A stretch of 64,000 bases of DNA. Origin: Euprymna scolopes. Taxonomy: Eukaryota. The stretch lies in the NCBI GenBank assembly GCA_053919585.1, contig CM132819.1. One strand, given 5' to 3'. Under the pieces are notes generated by a model that was given only the letters and a program-made list of their open reading frames with translations, was not told the DNA's origin and made no database searches. Shown here one piece after another: positions 1-13,375 of this stretch (positions are counted from its first letter, which is position 1; each line of letters begins with the position of its first letter). Both the position numbers and the translations under genes were made by a program.

Positions 1-1545
1 TTTATTTATTTTTTTTTGCTTTTTTAATTCTTCATGGCTATTGCTTTAATGTCTTGAGTGATGATCAAACGACCTAAAACATAATTTTCTTGTTGATTGT
101 TGCACGTTCAAAAAAGAGAAGCGTGCAACATATTAAGGAGATAGTGATTTATATCTAACGCTGGCTCTTTTGTTAGCAAATAAGTAAAGAAAACTTACAA
201 AGAGAGTGAGAGCTATTTCTCTTAGCTGTTTTTTAAAAGATGTTTATTTAAAAATATCTCCATATTAGCAAACTGCTAAACCAGATTAAGTATTTTTAAA
301 TAAATTGTAGCAGAGGACATTATTTTGATGCGAGTGCCATGATATAGCAATAACAATTGAAACTTCGCTAAACAAAAGTTTTATTTCTAAGAATAAATGT
401 TATTTAGTTTCAAATTTTCAAATCCGGATAAGAATTTTATATTTGCTATTATCATGGAAATTATTTAGTACTTAAGGAATGAAATTAGGTTTGCCTGCGT
501 GCTGTAGATTAAATAACAGTATATATGAAACTACATACTCATATCTAACTGTTTTGTTCTACATACTAGAGAAATAGAGGGGAAAATGTCACCAAGTTAA
601 TGCCCTTCAACCATCAAAATGAGGAAAATGACAGCATTTTGTTGATCGCTGTCCTGTTTGGCTCCCTCCCACGTTGTCATATAACGGCCCTTGCAAAGCT
701 CTAAAGCGGGAAAAAATGACTTATGTTTGGCTTTTTATGTTTTTATTTTCTCTTGGTCTCTGTGAGCGTTCTGTTAGTCTGCTGCAGTCATTTATTATAT
801 TTTTTTATTGTGTTTTGCTTTTAGGTGTGTAAAATGTCAGAACGAGCCAGCGAGAAGGATCCTATTTCAAGAGGGGTTACCCTATGTTGCTTTAGATCGA
901 CTGTGTCCTACACTTCACCCCCATCTGTCCTGACTGCAAGAATGACCTTTTAGCAGGTAGGAAGGAAAAAGGTCTGCTTAGTTGGGTGATCAGGAACCGG
1001 GCGATGACAGTAATAGTGTGCCGCTTTGGGCTTTCTGCACACACACATAAATAGTATTCCCACTTAGAGAACAGTCATAAAAAACGCTGCAGACAATAAT
1101 ATCATCCTACCATGCTGAAGTCTAAATAACTTTGTAAATACTATATATATAACCCCAATTTTTACACATTGTTTGAATAATTGTGTGCGGAGGAGTTACT
1201 GTAATTAGCTGTATCTACCTGATGCAGCCCCGATACAATAAATTCGTTAGTTTTTAACTCATTTGCATATTATAAAAACCGATAGAGAAAAAGGAAGGCA
1301 ATTTGTTTGCAATAAAATACGAATAATTTCCTTTATAAATTGAAACTTTTAGGTTATACTTAAAAATGATTACCGCTATTCCTATTACATATATATATCA
1401 CTTCTAGTTTTACCTTAATTTATGGGCATGTTTATTCCCGTATATATATATATGATCGTTCAATGTATGGCAATCCTTAATTTACATACTTCTCACTATC
1501 TGTTAATTTCCTTAAATTAATGAAACAAACATTTGTGTAACTTAC

Positions 1546-1598
<53 letters not shown>

Positions 1599-1607
1599 AT
1601 ATATATG

Positions 1608-1671
1608 GCGATTAAGCTACACTGAATATTCTGCGTTTCATCCAACTATAGGATTCGTCAGGCTTATGCGC
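1608..1671 (-). ncRNA. Type I hammerhead ribozyme motif, intact catalytic core
   Basis: Minus strand reads GCGCATAAGC CTGACGA ATCC-tatagtt-GGAT GAAA CGC-agaatattca-GTG T A GCTTAATCGC. Stem I is TAAGC/GCTTA plus GCG/CGC, stem II is ATCC/GGAT and stem III is ACGC/GTGT. The cleavage triplet is GUA (1620-1618). Confidence 0.85.
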
Positions 1672-1689
1672 GAATTCTGTGGTTGCTTC

Positions 1690-1770
1690 TTGTTTTTATA
1701 TATGTTGAGGATTTCTAGTTAGCCAATCAGCTTTCTAGTATCCACCTCGCCCCTTCCTATCAGCCAATGG
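1690..1770 (-). promoter_or_regulatory. TATA plus two CCAAT boxes upstream of the hammerhead (Penelope pseudo-LTR-like promoter)
   Basis: TATATAAAAA lies on the minus strand at 1702-1693, ~22-31 nt before ribozyme stem I. AGCCAAT motifs occur at 1721-1727 and 1762-1768. Confidence 0.45.
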
Positions 1771-1893
1771 GCATGCATTTTATCAAACAAAGGATCTGTT
1801 TTAGAACTAGGTTAGTGCTTTTAGGTAGACGTTCTCTTTTTTTCCTTTTTTTTACATATAAATATACCTATGTGTACACACATACATGCACAT

Positions 1894-1946
<53 letters not shown>

Positions 1947-3585
1947 TAAAATGACCAACAAAATACGTTTCAAAACATGATATACAGAATGTAAAAATGC
2001 CTTTAAACTGAAATTTTCTTATAAAGCAACAAATATTTTGTTTATGTACATAATAAAACTCTTTACTCTCTCAGTTCACATCTATTTTTAGTGAGCCAAT
2101 AATTGTTTATGCCTTCCTGCAGTCTGTTTTAAGCAGAGCGTTTACTGTACTAAAAATCTCAGTAAATAATTATGGTTTACAAGACCATTTTACTGATGTT
2201 ATAAGTACAGGAAATACGTTAAATGTTCTAGTACTTTGATATATAGTTTTATTTTGAAGAAAAAGTTTATTCATCATTTGGCGGCTATAAATCTATCAGT
2301 AAATGTTTATTTTTGAACGTCTAACTCAGATATTTGTAATATTAATCTATTCTCATGAAAATAGTTTTCATTTAAATTACCTCCCTTGAAAATTAATGGA
2401 CATAATGTTATAAGGTTGATTTTGGTAATTAATTTTTGAATAAAATATGATGAATACAGACACCTTATATTTATATTGGAAAATAAGGCAAATAATAAAT
2501 GTATAGCGCCAAACATTATTGTGAATTATTTAATTATTTTTATGCAAATGAAACATACAAACATCTGTGTTTGGGTTTTTGATATATACTATCTATACAG
2601 TGTTTCAGGAGACTATGCAGCATTATTGATTTAAATAAGCAGTTGTCTTAATAATGGTAATATATGTGCAATAAACTTTTTAAAGATTCACATTAATTTA
2701 TTAGAACTGTCTTTAAAAAGTAATAGGAAAAACAGTATTAAAATATGACATGAAATATTTTAATGTTTATAATTAATTTTTGTTAAAACCTTATAGATAA
2801 ACAAATATCATATTACAAATTTTTTCTTTGAAAATTTCACGTAATGTATTGAGGATGGAACGGCTTTACTATTTAAAAAGCAAAATATAACAAATCTTAT
2901 TTATAAAATGTGCCGCTAAGAGATGTACTTAAAAAAAACATTGAATTATTATTTTAATTTCACTTAACTTTACCCGTTGAGAAAAATATCAAAACTATTT
3001 TCATTTTTTTTAAAGCTAAGCTCTTTGTAAGAGGAATTCCCAAAGACAAATCTTTTCCAAAATTAATTCCAAATGCCATTCTCGCTTCACAAATTACCAA
3101 AATGACAGCAAAACAAATAGGAAAAAAGGAGGTTAGGGTATTTAAGCTTTCCGTCATATAGCCAAGTTATGCAAGTCTCAAGGATTAAACAAGACTTTTT
3201 TACAGAGAATCGGAAAATGGAAAAATGAGAAACGGCATGAAATAATCTCAACTATTTCACAAACTCGTCTGCTATGTTCTTAGTTGAAATGAGTAAAAGG
3301 CAGATTGAAAATACTTAGACATAAATCGAAAAAAAAATGTTAAAAGAAAAAGGAAAATTTGCAAAATGTTTATAACTTTTGACAGACGAATCATTTAAAC
3401 AACTAAAATACAAAATGATCCATTATGTTATGCCCGGGTTTAAATCTCTTAAATGTAATACTAAGGAAGAATGTTTAATATGTAATTTATTTTATGCATA
3501 TACACATATTATAATTGATATAATAAATTCTGTGTATACTTTCCATATATTTTTCAACGGTGTTTAAGAGATTAATAGTATTATT

Positions 3586-3638
<53 letters not shown>

Positions 3639-3755
3639 CTTATAATTCTAAAATGCAATATTAAATGTTTAATGGAAACACACACATATGTGTATATATA
3701 TAAATAACAAGGCGATTTGTATTAAGAATTTATTCAGTACGTATTTCTTATTTCA

Positions 3756-3790
<35 letters not shown>

Positions 3791-4930
3791 TTCATTAATT
3801 TTTTAAGCTACACAGAGGTGTCCGTTTCATTTCGACAGATAATCCTAAGGCTAAGTACTTTAGCCGCCCCCTATAGCTTCGTTGCCATAGGTATAGTTTC
3901 TTACTAATAGTAAAATATAGGCGTGCGTCTAATTCAGCGTTTGTTTATTTGCTTTTGTTTCTTCAGTTCTAGATGCAAATCTGGGGTTAAAGCCATACGA
4001 GTTGATCGAAGTTATTTTGAAAGTGTCATTAATTAAGAGAAGAGAGGGGATAGACTGATCAGAAATTTTAGCAATTGGTGATAATTTTTAAAGAAGACGT
4101 CTGACTACACACATACCTCATCGTAAAATCAAGATGGAGCGAGCGAGAGAGATTGAAACTGAAAGAGATTAACATATGGAGAAAAGAAACATTACGAGAT
4201 GTAATCTCCAAAGATTGATTGTAAAATGGCACCACGGGAATTTTCACATGTTCCAGACTTAGCGGAATGCGGCCGATAGTGTCAGAATATGGCAATGTGA
4301 TTTAGTTATCACTACAAGACACGTAGTGGCAGCATTTTATTCTTTATTATATGGTTATTTTCCTTATTGTTCTTCTGGATAAGTTGTAAAAAAATTAGCT
4401 CTATTTCCAAGAATCAAAAATAAGATCCCTTCGGTAGGACTACACACTGGTTCTTACAAAGAATTGTGCGCCTTTTCCTAGTGATGACAACTCAAGTAAC
4501 AGCAGTAAGTTGGATCGCTCAAGAAAGGATTTACGCAGTCTTTATTTTCATTATACTGTAATATGAGTTATGTATGGGGAACTTGATATTTTATTTTACT
4601 AATGAATCATCACTTACGAAATCTAATGGATAATGAGATGGATAGTTGGTTAATTGATTGATAATGGATATGATGAGAGGATTGAAAATAGTTGGACAAA
4701 TATCATTTTGACATTAGATTTGAAATTGACTACGTAGCCTGCATGGAAGCAATCCTGTTAATCAATGAAAGAGTGCATAGAGTGGAACTTTTTATATTTT
4801 TTTTAGATTTGGCAACAATACTATCAGAGCGTACCAAACCGGGGTCAATCTCAGAGAAAAAGTCAGAGGGAAAGCCCAGATAAAAAATGAGGAAGAAGGG
4901 ATCTCAGACAAAGTATCAAGGAAGGTGAGA

Positions 4931-5720
4931 AACTCTCAAACAAATAATCGATCGGGGGGGGAGCTCAGACAAATGATCGATCGGGGGGGGAGCTCAGACA
5001 AATGATCGATCGGGGGGGGGGAGCTCAGACAAATGATCGATCGGGGGGGGAGCTCAGACAAATGATCGATCGGGGGGGGGGAGCTCAGACAAATGATCGA
5101 TCGGGGGGGGGAGCTCAGACAAATTATCGATCGGGGGGGGAGCTCAGACAAATGATCGATCGGGGGGGAGATCAGACAAATGATCGATCGGGGGGGGGAG
5201 CTCAGACAAATGATCGATCGGAGGGAGCTCAGACAAATGATCGATCGGGGGGGGAGCTCAGACAAATGATCGATCGGGGGGGAGCTCAGACAAATGATCG
5301 ATCGGGGGGGGGAGCTCAGACAAATGATCGATCGGGGGGAGCTAAGACAAATGATCGATCGGGAGGGAAGCTCAGACAAATGATCGATCGGGGGGGAAGC
5401 TCAGACAAATGATCGATCGGGGGGGAGCTCAGACAAATGATCGATCGGGGGGGAGCTCAGACAAATGATCGATCGGGGGGGGAGCTCAGACAAATGATCG
5501 ATCGGGGGGAGAGCTCAGACAAATGATCGATCGGGGGGGAGCTCAGATAAATGATCGATCGGGGGGGGACTCAGACAAATGATCGATCGGGGGAGGGAAG
5601 CTCAGACAAATGATCGATCGGGGGGAAGCTCACACAATCGATCGGAGGGGGAGGGAAGCTCAGACAATCGGGGGGGAGGGAAGCTCAGAAAAATAATCAT
5701 AAGGGGGAGAAGCTCAAACA
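4931..5720. repeat. Minisatellite, unit AGCTCAGACAAATGATCGATC + G(6-10), ~27-31 nt, ~24 good copies plus degenerate flanking copies
   Basis: The tandem array is directly visible. Units differ mainly in G-run length, and copies decay at both edges. Confidence 0.97.
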
Positions 5721-6978
5721 AAGTCAGGAAGCAAGGAAAAGTTTAATAATACTAACTAATCGTCGAACAAAATTATTGAAATACAATTTTTGGAGTACTT
5801 TAGTGTTTATTCCTTTTCTCTATGTACCTGTACGAAAATTCATATGGCTCTGGAGAGGTACGTGTTAAATTGAAAGGGAAGTAATTGAACTGGAAATAAA
5901 TTAAGTGCAGTTAGGGAGACGTTCACACGCTCACCCATCATTAAAATGTGTCCTGATATTCTACAAAGATCGCTCAAATGTCATTACAGAGGTGTCACTG
6001 GTTTCGTGAACACATTTAGGAGAATGTAACCGATCTTTTATTCATTCGCAGAAGATAGCAGACAACTGCATCTTGTTTTGTCTATTATTTGGTAAAATTA
6101 ATTGCATTCTCTGTCTGTTCGTCCCTCATTGATTAAATTTGATTCTAAAACAAAACCCTAATGACACACAAGGGAGCTATGAATCTCAATCCAATGGACA
6201 TGGCTAAAGATTGGGGGTTGACGATACTCTGCGAGAAGGATAGATTTTCCTTGTAAATCCGTTTCCTCTATTGACTTTGGTTGTAGTTGACAACAGCGAA
6301 GGCACCCCTCTTTCTCCACATACATAAATGTGAATGAGAGACGGAGAGGAAGGAACGATGCGAACGGGTTTGGAATAGAGAAAGTGAAAGCAACCTCATG
6401 TTATCGGAAAAGAAGAGAAAGAAAAAGAATGCTGAAGAATGGTATGCCATAGAAAAAAAGAATGATAAAAGGTAAAAAAGAAAAAAGATTCGGGATTCGT
6501 TAGCCTCTTTCCAACTATTTTTATTTTTTGTACAGTGAGAATCTTCAAATCTTCAACAATCAAAGATGGCAAGGGTTTCTTAAAAAGTCATTCTTTCAAA
6601 ATTCTAAAATCCATGAAAAAAACAAAGAGACACATTTGTAAATTAAGCAAAAACGAAATCTAATAACGACGAAAAGCGAAAAGATCATTTCAACGAAGTT
6701 GAATAATTACTGCAATTAGTTCAATAACAAAATGCTTGTCCGATTTTTATTGTCTTCATTAAATTTAGATTAATTTTTATTCGCCGCTTGTTGTTTTTTA
6801 GTTTCTTGAAACTCAGACGTTGTTAACTGTCACCAGATTAAAAAAACACAACGAATATTCGGACAAAGTGACAAGATTCTGTAAAAAGCGTAAACAGACA
6901 ACTGAAAAATTTCCAACAAAATGTTATTTTTTGAACACATTGTGGTGAAATACAAATCTATTTTTATTTAAAAAAATA

Positions 6979-7192
6979 CTAACTGTTCTGATCCGGCGTT
7001 GCCCATTACTGTATTTACTTGCAATATGTTTTGTTATATTTTGACTAAATATCTGGCCGTTTCTTTTACAAATATTTTATTACATATAAAACGAATACAG
7101 AGTTACGTCATTTTTTAAATGTGGCAGCTAAAATAGGAGACGGATTCTCTCGTGAATAATACATGAGATATGCTTACTTTATACTAGTAAGA
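6979..7192 (-). mobile_element. Degenerate non-autonomous Helitron-like element
   Basis: The minus strand starts TCTTACTAGTATAAAG and ends gggcaacgccggatcagaacagTTAG|T, a degenerate hairpin plus CTAG. The interior resembles 15650-15880. Confidence 0.55.
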
Positions 7193-8862
7193 ATCCTTAA
7201 AAACCAATAATGCTTTCCACGTCAAGCTACTAAATTTACTGTTAATAATCCTCATTTTGAATTAAAAATTAGGGATAATACTAATAAGAAACAAACGCCT
7301 CCTTCCATCAAATCATTGCAAACTTAATATTCTGTAAATAAATAAAACTAATGTTTCTTATTTAAAATTGTAGGAAATTGATGACAGTTGTATGCATGAT
7401 AATATACCATTCTATCTCAAACAATGTAGAGAGGCTGAAAGAGATAGAATTTAATAAAGGGAAATTTAGTTTCTTAACTATCACGGCATGCCAAACCCTT
7501 TTCGAATTATTTAATACCGAATCCAATAATTAAAATATTTTTATGCTTCAAGGTGATTTGTTCGATTGTTATGCTTTACGTCATATCAACACTTTTCAGG
7601 TTATTTAATTCCCAATTCTGTAATGAAAAAAAATTATGCTTCAAATTGTTTACATCTTCAAATATTTATTCATGGTGTTTAGTTTGGTTGTTTTGTAAAA
7701 AAATAATTTTGGCTTTGCTGAACATGACTAAATTTTGCAAAGGGAAAGAAAACTACATAATAGGATTAAGATCAAGTGCATTTGTGTCAGGAATCCGATT
7801 TCTTCAGACAGCTTGATTTGGTAAGACGGGACAAAAGTCAAGTAAGAGATGGGTTATTTGGTGAAATATTTTTTAATTACGGCTAATTACAACAAACAAG
7901 TTTTTTTTTTAAAAACACTCAGTCTTAAAATGAGATATTTTTGCTTGCATTCTGTATGATGAAAATAATATAAGAAAAGGGTTTTAAGGAAATAAACGTT
8001 AATTTACTCAGGTTTAGTATAAGAATAATTTTGATCTTTTATATTCTGCGGTTTCATTGCTACATATTTGATGAATAATGAGATGGATCGAATCGAAACA
8101 CAAAATACTTCCCGTCCCCACGTTTTTATGACAAATTTTTAGAAGAACAGAATTAGCATTAAAGACATTTTTGTTTCAAAACAGAGAAAGAGAGAGGGAG
8201 ACAGGGAGAGAGAGATCAGAGAGACAGAGAGAGAGGGGGTAAGGAATGAGTAAATAAAGAACTTTGCCTTTTTGGACATGTCTAGATTTTTAAATGTCAA
8301 TAATGGAGAAGGAAAGCGGAAGATATACGAGGTGTGGAATTGGTTAGACATGAAGAAAAACGATCCCAGAAAAAGAAAAAGATATTTCAATCGGGGGGGG
8401 GGCGAGAATTAGCGAAGTTGAATAATTGTAATAAGGTCGTCTTTGTTACAGAAAGACAAATGGTCGAGATGATTGGTTGAAAGGAGAAAGTTTAATTAAG
8501 ATGCAATTCAAAATCCAATCTAAACAAGGACTTTAATATAAACATGTAAAAACAACAAAGACAATACGCGATCGACAAACACAAACACATTAATCTCACA
8601 AATAAAAGTACGGGTTTTAATTTCAACAACATTTAAAGAATTCGTCAAATGGATTGTTTATGTTCTGGTTGTTAAATAGTTAACCTGATACATGATTGAC
8701 TTTAAATCTGAAACACAAACATTAAATCACCCAAAATATTAACCTGTGAACTTGCAATGGTCAAATCTAGAAACATTGAATACATGCATTTTAGACAACT
8801 TTCTCTGCATTTTTTCGAACGCACTAGAACATGCTAGTCGAAATTATTAATCAGTTTTCTTT

Positions 8863-8989
8863 ATGTATACAAATATTTTTTTTTATACATATATGCATAC
8901 AAATATTTTTTTATACATATATGCATACAAATATTTTTTTTTATACATATATGCATACAAATATTTTTTTTTATACATATATGCATACA
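8863..8989. repeat. Tandem repeat, ~28-30 nt unit ATACATATATGCATACAAATA(T)7-9, ~4 copies
   Basis: Directly visible. Confidence 0.9.
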
Positions 8990-9475
8990 CGTTTCAACTG
9001 CAACTTCCTATGGAATTCCAGTTTTGAAGATATTTGCAATGGAAAAAGCCGATGGTTTAATAATATCAAAGCTGAAACACATACGCACATATGTAGGGAA
9101 TATTGCTTTTATAAATAAAGGAAATTATATCATCGATGTGCCTGTTATTGAACGCTATCTTTTGAACATATGATTAATATCAAAAGAAAGTAAACACACA
9201 AGTACTATATAGATATGAGAAATTACATTAATATCGTTCACATTGATACAGAAGACACTAATTTTAATTGGGCTTGGAAAGTTCGATATTTATCAATTCT
9301 AATTTTTATAAAATGTTTCTTTGGACTAATATAATCCAAGTGATGCATATTTTTCCGGTCAAGAAAACATCCGTATAGTTTGTCAGTTTGTCATCAAATA
9401 GAGATCTTCTCTCTTAGATAACATTTCTTCAAAACAAACAAAATATGAGAGAATTGTTTTTAGACAGTAGTCTGG

Positions 9476-9744
9476 NNNNNNNNNNNNNNNNNNNNNNNNN
9501 NNNNNNNNNNNNNNNNNNNNNNNNNNNNNNNNNNNNNNNNNNNNNNNNNNNNNNNNNNNNNNNNNNNNNNNNNNNNNNNNNNNNNNNNNNNNNNNNNNNN
9601 NNNNNNNNNNNNNNNNNNNNNNNNNNNNNNNNNNNNNNNNNNNNNNNNNNNNNNNNNNNNNNNNNNNNNNNNNNNNNNNNNNNNNNNNNNNNNNNNNNNN
9701 NNNNNNNNNNNNNNNNNNNNNNNNNNNNNNNNNNNNNNNNNNNN
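9476..9744. other. Assembly gap (N run)
   Basis: Run of n. Confidence 1.
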
Positions 9745-9831
9745 AGAGGGGAGAGACAAAGGGGACAGGATTAAAGTATTTAGTATGATGTCCATTAAGT
9801 AAACAATCTTATGTTTCCCCATTTGAATCTT

Positions 9832-10143
9832 CATACAAGGCAGCTTCCTTCAGTCTTGACAAACTATGGATACCTACGGTAAAGGTACTGTAAGGATGCC
9901 TGCCTGTAAAATTTTTGTGAGAAGGTTTGCACAATCTCCAACCACACCTCCCCGAAGTCGGCGCTGTTGTATACCACTGGCAAGTGGAGGTTCAGAACGA
10001 CTGGAAACAATGCGGAGATAAACGGAGAGCACATACAGCGCCTAGAATTCCCAAATGGTCACGCATCCGGTACTCGCCAGGCTCAATGTTGCTTAACTTC
10101 GGTGATCTGACGAGAACCAGCGTATCAGTGTGATTATGCCGTA
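9832..10143 (-). mobile_element. 5S rRNA-headed SINE-like element (SINE3-type); 5S head at 10031-10143
   Basis: Minus strand reads tacggcataatcacactgatacgctggttctcgtcagatcaccgaagttaagcaacattgagcctggcgagtaccggatgcgtgaccatttgggaattctaggcgctgta, a near full-length diverged 5S rRNA. There is no oligo-T terminator, and it runs into a body shared with 50672-50838. Confidence 0.8.
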
Positions 10144-10382
10144 CATATATATGGCCTTAGCAATGTGAGCTTTATAAATCGATTTATGTTCTGATGTTTT
10201 TGGACACAGTTTTTGGAACTCGTCTTCTTAAAAATCCCGAATATATGAAGTACCTAGATTTTTTAATGTGAATAACGATATTACAGAAATCTAATTTCTC
10301 ACATTTATTAAAATATGCTCCGGTGTTAAATTAACATCTATCGAGATAAACTCTTAAAAGTTCGCCTATTCATAATATATAC

Positions 10383-10899
10383 ACGCAGGAACGATGTTCC
10401 AAATATGACTCCTACATGCTTTTTCTGCTCTAATAGATCAGACGGGAATGAAAATTAAATTCTTATGATGACTGGGCTTATGCATTTATGACCTGAAAGC
10501 CTCATCTCTCCGCTGCAGATATAGAGTTTGGGACTATAAGAAAGCAATCACTTTCATGGACATGCGCCAGAAGCAGAGATGCGTCATTTAATTCCTCATG
10601 CTAAAAAATTGAACCGATCAGCATTCACTAGTGTCTGTTTAGCATTACGAAGACGATGCAGACGTTAGCAGGTTCAGGAGATGGGTTCATCGATTTAAGA
10701 GTGGCGGCAAAGATGTGAGTGACAAAGCGACTTCCAAACTTTTACAACCGCGGCATCAATAGAGGCTGCCAAAAATACATTGAAATTGGTTGTTATGTAG
10801 AAAAATAAATTCTGGAGCACAAACTGTCGCTCTTTGTTTTCGTAGCTTTTTAATATTTTAGTTTTTGAGTTAAAAGTGTTCTATTTGGAACGACCTTCG
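10383..10899 (+). mobile_element. Internally deleted mariner transposon relic
   Basis: Broken transposase N-terminus MDMRQKQRCVI*FL...DVSRFRRWVHRFKSGGKDVSDK (from 10556) is joined to a C-terminal NFYNRGI...QKYIEIGCYVEK*. The right TIR is tatttggaacgaccttcg|TA and the left TIR remnant is gttccaaata. Confidence 0.8.
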
Positions 10900-12892
10900 T
10901 AGATATTAATATCTCTTTACTCCCATTCTCTCTCCCATATATGAAAAATTTGTTCCATATACGTAATTAAATTATACGCTTTTTCAAATAAGTTATCGTG
11001 TGTCTATTTATGGGAAAGGAGGGGTTATAAAATAGTCAATGTTGAAACTTTTTTTTTCATATAAATTTCAGAGAATACTAGAAAAATGCTTACAAGAGGG
11101 AAATAATAAGATTTTTATTTCTTCATTTTCTGCCGACGAAGAAATTTAATAACAATATAATAAAATTCATTTTATTTACCTAAAGCCCCCCCCCAAATCT
11201 AAAAAGAAATGTGAAAATAGAAAAAAAAAGTTTTTCGTCTTTTACATTTTTTTCTCTTCGTCATTTCAACGCGGAAATATAATTGAACCCTTGAAAGAGC
11301 CAGATGTTGACCGGAAGGGGAGGCAACATACGAATAATCGCAAAACTTGTGGGAGGTACAAAAAAAAATCCCTTAAAATGACAAACTATTTTATCAAAAT
11401 ATGCTTTTTCCTTATTCCTATTCGATTGTCGAGATTCCTTGATTTTTTCTACTCTTCAAAGAGTCTACATAAACGTACAACTGTTTTTCTTTTGGGGGAA
11501 CAGTAGTGAAAGCTTATTATTTACAAAACACTGCGTCGACGGCGGTTGGGGAGGACCGAGGCAACAACATATTTGGGACCCCGCTCTTTAGAATGGAAAC
11601 CACAAGCAAAACAAAGAGCAACTTATAAAAGAATGTGATAAACGATAAACTGAACATAAATTAGAACAGGACGTCAGAGAGGAAGAGGGTTGAGATATGG
11701 GGAAAGGAAGGACTGTTTGGTAGAGTTGAGGTCCAGACTGTCAACCCCCGTGTTTCAGAGACCAACTGACACTTTACATTTGAATCACGATCGTTACATT
11801 CGTTCAGGCAAATAAGTTTTTTAGGGCGTTCTTTTTCTCTAGGAATTTAATTTTTTCCCCCATTATAGACTAACAAAATAAACACACATTTTCCTGGTGT
11901 AAATAATTAGCTTGGGTATTTAGTTTTCTTCTACCGCAAGAACTGTGACACTAAGGTGCGAAAGTGGGATAGAAGCAGCCAGTACTCTAGAGAAGGAGCC
12001 CTCGGACTTTGCGAAAATGTCAGGGCAGCCCCGTCAGCATTCCCACTAGAGCGCCTCAGGCGATTAACAAAGAACTTGACCCTTTTCAAAGGGAAAAGGC
12101 AAGAAAATACGTGTTTAAATATTCCTTGGTTTTGGGATTGAATTATCTTAGAAACAAACTTCCATTTAATTAGCCGTAATCTGTAATTAACTTTATTTTA
12201 GTTTTTAAAAGTAAATTAATCTATAAAATGAGGTTGCTCATCTGGAATGTTTATTATCTTAGTTGATAGAAAATTACAAGCACCTCTGATATACTACATG
12301 CTTTGCAATAGTTATATAATATGAGCACACACACCTATACATACACACACACACACACATACATATATAGACACACACAAATTATTTTATTATGCATTAC
12401 ACATATTAAAGAGAAACCATATTTTCAACACAAATAGGCTATTGTTTAGAAAGACTGTTGGAGTCCATCTCGCAGATTTGGACAAGTTGCTTTTTAATGT
12501 GGGGAAAATACAGCTCATCAAAAAGCACTCTCAATTGAGACAGAATAATTGTTATAGTCTATAAGAATTTCTACTTTACTGATCGAGAACAGATAGCTTA
12601 AAAGGTGCTACAGATTACACCGAGCCAAATGTTTATATCTTTATATCTGAATTTTAATCAACACGTAGAGACAGAAAAGTGGGGCAAAACTTCTGTTCGA
12701 GGAATTATTTTTACCCATCTTGGGATGGGTATTATTCTAGTATATATAAGGTTAGTGGAAGAAAATAACTGAGAACTATGATGAAGTTCTCGATTATTAT
12801 GAAAATAATACAAGTAATATTTATTTATATATACAAAATATTGGTAGCGTTGGTACGAAATCTGAATTTGAAAAGGATAATAACAATGTTTG

Positions 12893-12944
<52 letters not shown>

Positions 12945-12947
<3 letters not shown>

Positions 12948-13375
12948 TGATGAGACAATTCCAATATTTTTCCCCGATTCCGATACAGTTACTGATTCCG
13001 TACTAAATTCTGAAAGCCCATACTATTACCGACTGATTCTTATTTATAAATCTCTAACGATTTTACTATAAAATAGTTATTTTGTCTCAATTACTGTAGA
13101 AACACATCTTAAATGTGCATGTATTTTCTCAAACGTAAATACACACTTGTGAAGAGGCGATCTAGAGATTTTAGCCTTACTGGAAGTTTAAATCAATAAA
13201 TATTTATGATTTTGATTTTTACTACAAGCAGTGGGAGATGTTTTATAAAAACAAAATCAAATAAAATAGATAAAGAAATCGGTTTTGGCATCAGAAAATA
13301 GGCTTAAATTTTCCTGATTCCAATACCCCAAAAAGCTCCGATTTTTCCGATTCCCGATTAATCGCCCCAACACTT
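12945..13375. mobile_element. hAT-type non-autonomous element (MITE) inserted in (TA)n
   Basis: The ends are CAGTGATGAGACAATT ... AATCGCCCCAACACTT (imperfect TIRs), with repeated subterminal CCGATT/CCGATA motifs. ATATATAT on both sides is compatible with an 8-bp TSD. Confidence 0.6.

Noticed and set aside
825-956. Plus-strand exon-like segment (tttag|...cag|gtagga)
   Set aside because: The frames checked contain stops or give no recognisable product, and there are no partner exons.
4936-5412. 147-aa and 136-aa repetitive ORFs; also a superficial CRISPR-like look
   Set aside because: They are translations of the minisatellite with frame-shifting G runs. The 'spacers' are only poly-G, there are no cas genes, and the context is eukaryotic.
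6432-6460. CTGAAGA-ATGG-tatg-CCAT-a-GAAA hammerhead-like string
   Set aside because: There is an extra base before GAAA and no stem I or III.
9445-9834. ORFs with long X runs (also 47800-48231)
   Set aside because: Artefacts of the N gaps.
10031-10143. Functional 5S rRNA gene
   Set aside because: It has many substitutions (including in the C box), no T-run terminator, and is fused to a repeated body.
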